From Hormiphora californensis (taxonomy: Eukaryota > Animalia > Ctenophora): a stretch of 64,000 bases of DNA. Of this stretch, positions 12,301-23,100 are shown one piece after another. Numbering within the stretch: the stretch's first letter is position 1; the number at the start of each line of letters is the position of its first letter. A program made the position numbers and the translations under genes. The notes under the pieces are model-generated. The model ran no database searches. It was given only the letters and a program-made list of their open reading frames with translations, and was not told the DNA's origin. The stretch lies in contig CM035352.1 of assembly GCA_020137815.1 (NCBI GenBank), positions 8,122,001 through 8,186,000 on the forward strand, read 5' to 3'.

Positions 12301-15300
12301 AAAGCGTTAACTTCGGAATATAACGGATTCCGACAACTAAAATATCGTGAAGTCGATAAAGAGATGGCCATAGCGTTATACGGACTCATTCAGTTCCCTA
12401 TAAAAATTAACTTTGAATTTGATGTGCTGAGGGATGGAGCACAGGCTACGAGAATGAGGTTGATGGATATGTTAGACGCCGAAAAGAAAATCGAAACGTG
12501 GCATCATCTTTTCGAAGGAGCTGGTGGATATAATGCTGTTCCGAAAGTTTTAGGATTCTGGGATAACATCCCTTTACCTATAATTTATGGTTTAGGTCAT
12601 TACAACTACATGTTGAAACTGATGGAAGCATTAGATACAAGAAGTTGTTATGGTTTAGATGATTCAGAAGGACCTCACACATCTAGTTTCAAGTCAATAA
12701 TTAAATTATGTAATGTGCATTTAGCTGGTCATTTTAAAGAAGATTCGATTACTATAGGGGATTTGAGAGTGGATGAACAATCGTTTAATCTGTGCCTTCA
12801 ACTTCATTCTGAGGAAAAGAGTTATTGTGGAATAAATCCGGTTGATTCATCAAAGCGATGCTGCGTGTTAGTAACAGTGATTGCACGTTTCGACGAATGG
12901 CCAGAGGTCGAAATGTACCCATGCATTGACCAGGAGTTTATAAATCAGCACAAAGATAAGTGTCTACACCAGGACCTAGCATCTCTACAGGTCATCTACT
13001 TTAGAGTTGGCGGCCACCAAATTACTGTCCGGTTTCCTGACTCTGTGTGCCCTCCCAGAGAACCTCTGGTTCTACATTGGTTCGTTGCTGAACTTGAAGA
13101 AGAGGCCCTCCGTAACTCGGATATTTCTGTTACAGAATTTGAAGCTTCAGACGTTGTGTGACGTCACTGATGAGTGACTAGTCATAACAGGCTACCCCTG
13201 ATCCTTTGTAAAACACCTCTCCTCTGTAATAATGAATGCATGTGGGAAGAAGACAATCCCCCAAATCACGTGAGAGGGCCCTTCGAGTTGTCTGAATCAG
13301 AAATAAGAAGAATCATTGGTAGTTTTTAGTTCTGCATGATGCATGTCTCATGGCCCACGCTTAGCTAATTAAAATTTGAATGATTGGGAATGTTGAACTG
13401 ATGTTTCATGTTAATTTCAATCTGTTCAATTTTCCTTTCCAATTCGTTCCATTTTCATGTGTATTCACACAAATTTATTCCAAATATTATATTTTACTGA
13501 GATTGATCGATCTATGACTTCAGCCTTATTACTTAGCCAGGTGTTCTGCATTGGATAAATCCGTGCTGTCTTCTTTGGTCGACGCTGTAAACGCTGGACT
13601 TTCTGTTACCCAAATAAGACTGGTTTTTGAAAAGTTTGGTAAAGCGTTAACTTTGGATTTGAACGGATTCCGACAACTACAATATCGTGAAGTCGATAAA
13701 GAGATGGCCAAAGCGTTATACGGACTCATTCAGTTCCCTATCAACATTAACTTTGAAATTGATGTGCTGAGGGATAGAGCACAGGCTACGAGAATGAGGT
13801 TGATAGACATGTTAGACGCCGAAAAGAAAATCGAAACGTGGCATCATCTTTTCGAAGGGGTTGGTGGATATTATACTGCTGTTCCGAAAGTTTTAGGATT
13901 CTGGGATAACCTCCATTTACCTATAATTAATGGTTTAAAGCCTTACGACTACACGTTGAGGCTGATGGAAGCATTAGATACAAGAAGTTGTTATGGTTTA
14001 GATGATTCAAAAGGTCCTCACACTTCTGCTTTCAAGTCATTAAAATCATATACTATGTATTTAGCTGGTCATTTTATGGAAGATTCGATTACTATAGGGG
14101 ATTTGAGATTGGATGAACAATCGTTTAATCTGTGCCTTCAACTTCATTCTGGGGAAAAGAGTTATTGTGAAATAAATCCGGTTGATTCATCAAAGCGATG
14201 CTGCGTGTTAGTAACAGTGACGAATGGCCAGTGGTCGAAATGTACCCATGCATTGACCAGGAGTTTATAAATCAGCACAAAGATAAGTGTCTACACCAGA
14301 ATCTGGCATCTCTACATGTTATCTACTTTAGAGTGGGTGGCCACCAAATTACCGTCCGGTTTCCTGACTCTGTGTGCCCTCCCAGAGAACCTCTGGTTCT
14401 ACATTGGTTCAAACTAGACGCTAGTCGACAAGATTCTTGGCAAGAGGCCCTCACTGAAGCTGTTGACGTTGTGTGATGTCACTGATGGCAACAGACTACA
14501 GAGTGACTATTTATAATGAATGCATGTGGGAAGAAGACATTCCCCCAAATCACGTGAGAGGGCCCCTCGATTTGTCTGAATCAGAAATGAGGACAATCAT
14601 TAGCCATTGCTAGTTTTTGGTTCTCTATGTTGCATGTTTCACGGCCCACCCTTAGCTTATTAAAAATTTTATTTACACACAAATTCAGTCCAAATATTAT
14701 GTTCTACTGAGATTGATCTATGACTATGAGGTGGATAGTAGAGTTCAATAGTCACACAGCATACCAGTTCACACGATGGGGGGGTTCCAACCTATTTCGT
14801 GTATGTTTGTACGGAAAAAAACAGGGCTTTCCTCAAACAAAAAAATACAAAAAAAATACAAAAAAAATACAAAAAAATACAAAAAAGTACAAAAAAATAC
14901 AAAAAAATAAAAACAGTTTTATATGGTAATTTACCATTATTGTTCGAACTTTTACTGTTTTTAAACATTCTTCCACGCTATTTCACGCAATTTAGCACAA
15001 AATATATACATATTTTACATATGTAGCATGCCAAAATCGCGAGAGAAATTTCCCCGAATCGCAATTTCTTACCGAGAAAATTTTCTCGAATCGTATTTTC
15101 TAAGCGAGAAATTTCCCCGAATCGCAATTTCTTACCGAGAAAATTTTCTCGAATCGTATTTTCTAAGCGATAAATTTCCCCGAATCGCAATTTCTTACCG
15201 AGAAAATTTTCCCGAATCGTATTTTCTAAGCGAGAAATTTCCCCGAATCGCAATTTCTTACCGAGAAAATTTTCCCGAATCGTATTTACTAAGCGAGAAA

Positions 15301-18300
15301 TTTCTCCAAATCGCAATTTCTTACCGAGAAAATTTTCTCGAATCGTATTTTCTAAGCGAGAAATTTTCCCGAATCGCAATTTCTTACCGAGAAAATTTTC
15401 TCGAATCGTATTTTCTAAGCGAGAAATTTCCCCGAATCGCAATTTCTTACCGTTTATGTAAAGCTGGGTTCCATTTATGTTCATGTACATGTATTATTTA
15501 TACTTTTTTCACGCACCCACATCCTTCATTATTTTTTTGTATTTTTTTGTATTTTTTTGTATTGTTTGTATGGAAAAAAACAGGAATTTTGGATACTTTT
15601 ATGTATGGTCCGTACAAAAAAATACAAAAAAATACAAAAAAATAGGTTGGAACCCCCCCCCCCCCACACGATTCACTATATCGGTCTACAACTTGTCGAG
15701 TAAGGGGTCTTCTCCACCCCTTACTCAACAATCTACAACTGAGTTCCCTCTGTTTCAGCTGTGAGTTGTGTAAAAAGAACAGTGGGTTAATGAAGAAGCT
15801 TACGGAGGAGTTTAGTACTAACGGCCAGCCTGTAAGTGTAAATAGCACATGCTCCCCTGGCGGTGCCAGACCCCGATTTCATTCTCGAATCTGAGCACAC
15901 GACAGTGCCCTCAGATGGGGCCCGCTATGGCAGACAGGAGCTACCTCCCTAGGTTTCCTGTTTTCTGCCTAATAATTATATCTGCATCTACTAACACTGC
16001 TGTCCTCTCAGTCAGGAGATACAGTGTTCGGTTCCTTCCTTGTGACAGATAGGAATATGAACTATGTGATGGAGAAGTATAACCTAACCTCCGTACCAAC
16101 CATATTATACCATCACATGGGCCAGCCAGCTCAGTTCTACACTGGATCATTCCGTCCAATGGGTAATCTGAAAATGGTGGCATTTTGTGTGAGACTTTCT
16201 ATAGTCCCCTAACTAGGGAATTTTTTAGTATTATTATAAGAGTTGAGCCCACCCCAATATGATATATCACCCTCCACCCCATCCCTCCGCCCCAACCCTC
16301 CAGTCGCCACCCCAACCTTCCAGTCTCCACCCCCACCATAGTCCATATATCACCCTCCACCCCAACCTATATTACCCGCCACCCCAACCTATATCACCCT
16401 CCACCCCAACCTATAACACCCTCCACCCCACCCTATATCACCCGTCACCCCCCCCCCCTTTGCCCCAACCTTCCAGTCTCCACCCCCACCATATATCACC
16501 CTCCTCCCCCACCCTATATCACCCTCCGCCCCCACCCTCCAGTCTCAACCTCTAACCTATATCACCCTCCACCCCACCCTATATCACCCATCACCCCACA
16601 ATATATCACCCTCCTCCCCAACCTATAACACCCGTCACCCCCACAATATATCACCCTCCTCCCCAACCTATAACACCCGTCACCCCCCCCCCCTTTGCCC
16701 CAACCTTCCAGTCTCCACCCCCACCATATATCACCCTCCACCCCACCCTATATCACCCGTCACCCCCCCCCCCCCTTTGCCCCAACCTTCCAGTCTCCAG
16801 CCCCACCCTATAACACCCTCCTCCCCAACCTATAACACCCGTCACCCCCACCCCCACTAGATTTGATAGTGTTTGTCAAGGGAAACACAGCTGCTACCAT
16901 GATGCAATACACTGCAGAGCTAACTGGCGAGAGATTCCATCAGTACCTCAAAATGAAACCTACCGTATTTGTCAAGTTTGTCAGGTACATACGTGCTTTT
17001 ACTTCTTTATTATTCTAATTGTTATCTGGCCATACTTGATCTACCAAACCCTCTCAGAGCGCGGTGTGAGCCACACAAGTTGCCACACATGAAAATCTGT
17101 TTTACTCTACCCTCTGGCACCCAAAATTAATAATTATATACTCTCTGCAGTGAGCAGAAAGATGCACATACATGTTTCAACGAGCTGACTTATAACGGTA
17201 TCGCAGCACTAGCTACTGACTGGAAGAACCCTGCAGTTTTTGCAAAGGTAAACAAATATCAGTCAGCTGCCACTAGAGAAACTACTGTTACATACCCTGA
17301 CAACCCTTCGTGTCCCAATTGAAAGATGTGGGCCCTATATCCATTACCCACCCACCCCCTTTCTATTCACCACTCCTCCCACCACAGTTCAACGTGACAA
17401 AGTACCCGGAAGTGCTGGGTAATGACTCTATTGCTGTTGACACTATGTGGTCTTTATACGTGTACAAGTGGGGCATTAGATACCAATACCAACCGGCTGA
17501 TAACATGGAGCGTAAGTGACGTTATCTTCGGCCATCAGCAGCTTGCCAATTAAGTCTTGTAAACTCAGAAGCACAATTATAGTGTTGAATTCAAATAAAA
17601 AACAGATTGGTAAATCACTATATTTCTCTAGAGGATGTTGCTGCGTTGGAAAGGTTATCTGGTGACCTGATCACGACAATAGATCACAAACACGATACTG
17701 TGACAGAGCCTGGCCAAGCTGAAACAATGGTCATAATGGGAATGTTTCCTAGAGAAGGTATGGTAATGTTCTTTCCATATTTCGAAATCAAGTAAAGTAA
17801 TCCAAAACAAATGACTAACAAATGTATGTGAAGTGATTTCAATTTTTTGAGATTTCGTTCTGATGATTGAAAACATCTCGTTCCTACTAACACTAACAGA
17901 TACCTAACACTAACAGATACCTAACTAACATACCTAACACACCTAACAATATGACACCCCAACACCTAGTAACTGAGTACACACAGACATTGACACAGTG
18001 GATTATTAGCCAAGAAAGCGAGGTTGAGTATTATCAAACATTCGACAGACGACTAATGAAACGGTTTAATGTAAGTGATCGAACTGGGACAACCAACCAA
18101 GACACTTCTTATGATTAAGTGTACTATTAAACAAGTACAAAGATAGTTAGAAATGTTTGCTGTAACTTAGTTAGTATTGTAATAGTATTCCAAATTATCA
18201 GGTTACTGAGCCAGAGATATTCATTATCTATCCCACTGACTGCGTGGTACATAACAAGGTTGGAGGACCCGCAATTAAACGAGTCAAATTCGCTGGACGG

Positions 18301-19880
18301 AGCCAGGTGAGAAATGTCTACTTTTTTTTCTGGGTGAAGCCCAACGCTTGTAAAGATCCAAATTCCAAAATGAACACCTTGCCAATTATATGGTAACACG
18401 GAGGGGGGGGGATTGTCACACGTCACGTAACCAAATTCTCAATGTTTTTAATAAACCACTGTGAAACCTATAGTGTCCGATCAGCCCTACTTTTTACCCA
18501 ATTTCCCTCTTCCTATCAGGAGGAAATACATACTGAACTGTTCGAAGCGATACACGATACAGACAAGTACCCCCTTATCTGTGGGGCCAACTACCGAGGT
18601 CTAACCTTCAGCGGCAGTGTGAGAGGGAGACATATGGTGCAGATATATATCCACCTTGACTGGGGCCACGATGGGCATTCCCGTAGGTCTTATAGTTTTG
18701 TAGTTTTATATTTTTGTTGTGCAGGGTGGGGGGGGGGGGGTATGAAATATTAGCACACATAATATCTGTCCGCTAGTGTCTGGTCAACCCTACAATTAAA
18801 ATGGGGTCTGTTATTGTACCATGTAATGTGTTATGACCCATCACCACTACTAACCCCCGTTATCTTCCTAAGATATGAGTTACTGGACGAAAAGGCTAAC
18901 ACCACTGGCGGTAAAATACCGAGAGAAGGGATTCTACTTTGTTTTCGCAGATGAGGAAATGCACTTTGATACCGTCCATGATTACAAGCTCCGTGAGGGA
19001 ACTGCTTCTGAGATCCTATTCTGTATATTTACCGGGTGGGTACTGATTTATTAGGAGCATCATTGCGAGGGAAAAAACTAAGATTTTGAATCTGGATGTT
19101 ATTCTGGACATTGTCGGAACGCGCGATGCTTTCTTTGTGAAACATGACGCGCGCAACGGGCAGAAGACCAGCGTGGATCCACCCTGTTTTTAACATTTCC
19201 CCCTCCCTCCACCCTCTAAAGACAACTGACCTCCCTTCCTTTCTTCCAGTATGTCAATGGGACTACCATACCACCCCACCGCTGAGGAACTGGACGATGC
19301 TGACAGTGTCACTGATCTGATAGAAAGTTACATAAAGAACATCATCGCCGGGAAAATAAGGCCGAATATGAAGAGCGAGAGGGGTGCCGTTCCTTGGAGC
19401 CACGGGAAAATGAACAAGATTGTGGGCAGCCAGATTTATGATTTTATGGAGCAAACGGACAAGTTTATCATCCTCATTCTAGCATATGTAAGTTACTACA
19501 AATTACAGTGAAGCGACCCGTATTATTTTTTAGTTATATTTATCTTGACCACATATTGATATTGATTCCAAATGTTCTCTTTTACACAGGAATACGATGC
19601 CTCCTTCTTGAAGGTCAACAAGTTTTTGGAGACCAAGGCAGTGGAATACCCTGATATCCTGTTTGGTAGGATCAACATCAAAACCAATAACATCTTCTTT
19701 AACTTGAGCAAGGCGAAACGTCGACAAAACCAAGTCATTGTGAAGTCGAGGGGAGTGGGGAGTGAAATGACCGTATATGGCGATATGATACGTGATATAG
19801 AAGATGGGTTTAAGACAGTTTTGGCTGACTATGAGTATTACGAAATACCTGAAGTGCATGAGAAACATGATGAACTTTAG
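9360..19880 (+). CDS. ER-resident multi-thioredoxin-fold protein, divergent PDIA4/ERp72-like
   Basis: Signal peptide MLRLLYLVCSIHLVSA (9360-9420). About 16 GT-AG exons, e.g. 9696-9837, 9932-10149, 10664-10822, 15759-15831, 16012-16161, 16861-16984. YTGTPEVFEIVEWILKKT resembles the end of a PDI a-domain. FYDDDCELCKK gives a CxxC. The b'-like SYWTKRL...FVFADEE and x-linker RPNMKSE resemble ERp72/ERp57. C-terminus is EKHDEL*. Confidence 0.8.
9480..9651. mobile_element. Tc1/mariner-pogo-type MITE in PDI intron 1
   Basis: TIRs CAGTCGGACCCCGATTTAGGG / CCCTAAATCAGGGTCCGACTG, TA on both sides, internal repeats of CCCGATTTAG. Confidence 0.85.
11212..13161 (+). CDS. Intronless tandem BTB/POZ-domain protein (649 aa) nested in PDI intron 4
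   Basis: Uninterrupted 649-aa ORF. Two BTB-like segments: VVKASSFVLKVLSPVIQAL...LEEFSESTVREVVHRCY and IVSANSFVLAANSIFI...LTEFSEGGVKEFLTFCYTG...KVDWIRNGC. Lies between PDI exons ending 10822 and starting 15759. Confidence 0.8.
   Translation: MVVAINFGLHYHGLPSLNDLALLTAEDKVVKASSFVLKVLSPVIQALSTNEVDLEEFSESTVREVVHRCYSIGAGIGDTTEATPEVQALADFLGFPWLLEEQEPLGELTVPFNFSEHYLVMDELNNIELDVMENKIVSANSFVLAANSIFIGKLVAKEGVKNINLTEFSEGGVKEFLTFCYTGSMGEVLTKKNFREINKLSFALKVDWIRNGCLKFYCTLCAILETLEEAFFLFHEAAFVLKEAGSRKFIQALRIGLNLKPGLRLELMRSFLSRNLTSAHFTSVDVCLYLAQDKIVNLYRYLLSVINQKTPPFELNDGEMRLLQPYYLARCSALDKSVLSSLVDAVNSGISSTQLRLVFAKFGKALTSEYNGFRQLKYREVDKEMAIALYGLIQFPIKINFEFDVLRDGAQATRMRLMDMLDAEKKIETWHHLFEGAGGYNAVPKVLGFWDNIPLPIIYGLGHYNYMLKLMEALDTRSCYGLDDSEGPHTSSFKSIIKLCNVHLAGHFKEDSITIGDLRVDEQSFNLCLQLHSEEKSYCGINPVDSSKRCCVLVTVIARFDEWPEVEMYPCIDQEFINQHKDKCLHQDLASLQVIYFRVGGHQITVRFPDSVCPPREPLVLHWFVAELEEEALRNSDISVTEFEASDVV
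13518..14725 (+). pseudogene. 5'-truncated tandem duplicate of the BTB gene 3' half plus downstream sequence
   Basis: Close copy of ~12178-13520. A 13-bp deletion near 14220 shifts frame (ORFs 13551-14270 and 14198-14476). BTB domains are missing. Confidence 0.85.
14778..15664. mobile_element. Non-autonomous TIR DNA transposon with 8-bp TSD
   Basis: TIRs GGGGGGTTCCAACCTATTT / AAATAGGTTGGAACCCCCC. Perfect TSD CACACGAT at 14770-14777 and 15665-15672. Subterminal (AAAAAATAC)n arrays in both orientations. Confidence 0.85.
15037..15451. repeat. 63-bp tandem repeat (~6.5 copies) inside the MITE
   Basis: Unit GAGAAATTTCCCCGAATCGCAATTTCTTACCGAGAAAATTTTCTCGAATCGTATTTTCTAAGC, made of two related ~31-32 bp halves. 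Confidence 0.9.
16258..16857. repeat. C-rich intronic minisatellite upstream of a PDI acceptor
   Basis: Variants of TATCACCCTCCACCCCAACC repeated up to the CTAG acceptor at 16857-16860. Confidence 0.85.
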
Positions 19881-20128
19881 ATTGTTTGATATCTACCGAA
19901 CCTTCACAGAGCGGTGCGAGTTTTTATTGTTAACTTGATAATCTGATTCAACTCGTTATTTTATAAACGGGAAAAAGAAATTGTTGCGAATGAAAATGTT
20001 TAACTACAAGTGAGACAGCGAGGTGCCAGCGCTGTAAGAGGGTCGAATGGGTGTGGGTCGGGGTCACGACGTTGTGGGGGTACACGATTTCTCTTCTTCA
20101 CTGTCAGGCCAATGCTCTGATCACTTCT

Positions 20129-23100
20129 TCACTCCACTTTCTTGGCTTGAGCGGGTTCCCTGAAATAAAAGTAGAGACATCAAAAACCATCCAATTATAC
20201 ATTCGCCTTATCCCAAGAAAGAAATGACTTTTCCAAATAAAATGAAACGGCCGGTGCTCATAGGATCATCTTCTCAACCCTGTCTCACCGGTTCAACTCA
20301 CGTTTTGGCAACACCCCTCCTCACACGGCTGTAAGGTCCAATCTCGGGGTCTGTAATGTACTTGTACAAGACACCACACCAGGAATCATAGTGGGGCATC
20401 TGGTAGTATTCCGGGGCAATCTCTTTCACTTTGGGCAACCTAGGGAGTTCAAATAGAGTCATTAGAAGGAATTGTTATATCTTCTGGCCAGGGGCTACCG
20501 AATGATGGGATCATTATATAGAAGGGTTGTGTCATGTGTTGAGGTTTTTCAGGAGGGGGGGGGGGCTTCAGGGGATTTCAGAATGAACAAAGAGCTGACA
20601 CAATTGAATGAATTGTCCCTTTTGATTGATTGATCCTTACCTAGACCATGAGACATAAGGGAAATCATGGTGTTCATTATGGTATCCTACATTCCAGGCA
20701 ATGTAGTTGAGAGGCCCATAATAACTGTATGTCTCCTGACCCTTGATGAAGGTGTAATGCTCACTAATGAAGTGGCCTGCCATGGGGTGTAGACCCATAC
20801 CGAGAAGAGTGCCCCCAATGAGGTAGGCAAGGGCCCAGGGACCTGAATCAGAGGGAGAGGGGGAGGTGATTAGAGGAAGGAAAATAAAAGCAATTCGCAA
20901 CTTCTAGCTGGATAACAAATCGAGCGTCTAAAGGGAGATATATGTATCAGTAATATGTGTTTACCCGCAATCTGGTAGATGAGGTAGTTCCAGCCGATAG
21001 TCCAGACAGAGTTCAAGATCTCTAGGTTCTCCATGGGTTTGGGGTGGACAAACAAAGGTCGGATGGTGTAGAACAGGGGCTGGAGAATCACCCAAATCAG
21101 CTGAAACAGGATTTGGTGAGTGTGATATGGGTGTGATATGAGTGTGATGGAGTGTCTCATTTTCTAAGCCCCCAACATTTCCTTGTTCCCCAGCAGGGCC
21201 CCCAGCTGCAGTATCGTATAACTATTCTACCATATAGTACCTTGGTGAAAGTATTGTAGAAGAGGTACCCCTCCAGGTGGGTAGGGATGTCCACATCTAA
21301 CTTCTCATCACCCTGGTACCTGTGGTGCTCCAGGTGGTACTTCTTGAAGGTGATAGAACTAGGCACCCCCAGGGGAATATTGGCAACAAATCCTGAAACA
21401 GGGTGTTTGATTAGTAATTGGAGAGTAGAATCAGCTGGGTGGAACATATATGGGAAATGGGCAGGAAATATTGGTTACGAAGTCACCCCTATTATTGCTT
21501 GTGCAGAGGGGTAATTTTCATTACAATTGGAAATGTGGGAAGCGTGTGTTGGGGAAATGTGTGTCGTGGGAAAGTATGCTTTTTATGCGACACTTTACTT
21601 CACACAACAGAGAGGATTTCATCACGATTAGATTGACCTGGAGATTGGAGAGAGTTAGGACCTAACTGTTAGGAAAACTATATCACATTATCAGACAAGT
21701 TGAACCTACCAATGAACCTGTTCATTCTTGGTGATCCGTGTCCAAATGCCAAATTATGGGAGATCTCATGCATCGCCAGGGATAAGTTGTGGTTAATTGT
21801 ACCTAGACAAACACAGTGCGATACTTTTAGTTGTTCTAACCCTCCCTTACATGAGAGAGGGTCGAACAAAGCAAACTTTCTTTTATAACCCGTTCGTTAG
21901 CGAAGACATTGCATCTTCTGAAGACTCATTATTGCTAATAGACCCCCGACCTACCTCCGAGTGCCCAAGCAAGGAAGAACATTGCGGGACCGGGTAGCTG
22001 TGCGATATAGTAGGCAGTTACCAGTTGAAATGTGACAATCAGGGGAACAAGGTATTTCATGTAGGGATCTGCTCCAAATAACTCCTTCATCTGTGGATAC
22101 TTTTCTGAAACAGAGGGGAGTTAGGATAGCTGAAGACGTCTGACATATATCAGTCGAAAGCTCCTGTTCTTAATTGAATATTAGTACTGCAAAATCGTTG
22201 TTTCTCTTTAATTGGGAGTTAGGATACTGAAATAGAGGGGAAATGGGGAGTTAGGGTACTGAAATAGAGGGGAGATGAGGAGTTAGGGTACTGAAATAGA
22301 GGGGAGATGGGGAGTTAGGGTACTGAAATAGAGGGGAGATGGGGAGTTAGGGTACTGAAATAGAGGGGAGATGGGGAGTTAGGGTACTGAAATAGAGGGG
22401 AGATGGGGAGTTAGGATACTGAAATAGAGGGGAGATGGGGAGTTAGGATACTGAAATAGAGGGGAGATGGGGAGTTAGGATACTGAAATAGAGGGGAGAT
22501 GGGGAGTTAGGATACTGAAATAGAGGGGAGATGAGGAGTTAGGGTACTGAAATAGAGGGGAGATGGGGAGTTAGGGTACTGAAATAGAGGGGAGATGGGG
22601 AGTTAGGATACTGAAATAGAGGGGAGATGGGGAGTTAGGATACTGAAATAGAGGGGAGATGGGGAGTTAGGATACTGAAATAGAGGGGAGATGAGGAGTT
22701 AGGGTACTGAAATAGAGGGGAGATGGGGAGTTAGGGTACTGAAATAGAGGGGAGATGGGGAGTTAGGGTACTGAAATAGAGGGGAGATGGGGAGTTAGGA
22801 TACTGAAATAGAGGGGAGATGGGGAGTTAGGATACTGAAATAGAGGGGAGATGGGGAGTTAGGGTACTGAAATAGAGGGGAGATGAGGAGTTAGGGTACT
22901 GAAATAGAGGGGAGATGGGGAGTTAGGATACTGAAATAGAGGGGAGATGGGGAGTTAGGATACTGAAATAGAGGGGAGATGGGGAGTTAGGATACTGAAA
23001 TAGAGGGGAGATGGGGAGTTAGGATACTGAAATAGAGGGGAGATGGGGAGTTAGGATACTGAAATAGAGGGGAGATGGGGAGTTAGGATACTGAAATAGA

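Noticed and set aside
14978-15645. 170-aa and 205-aa repeat ORFs
   Set aside because: By-products of a stop-free 63-bp repeat inside a non-autonomous element.
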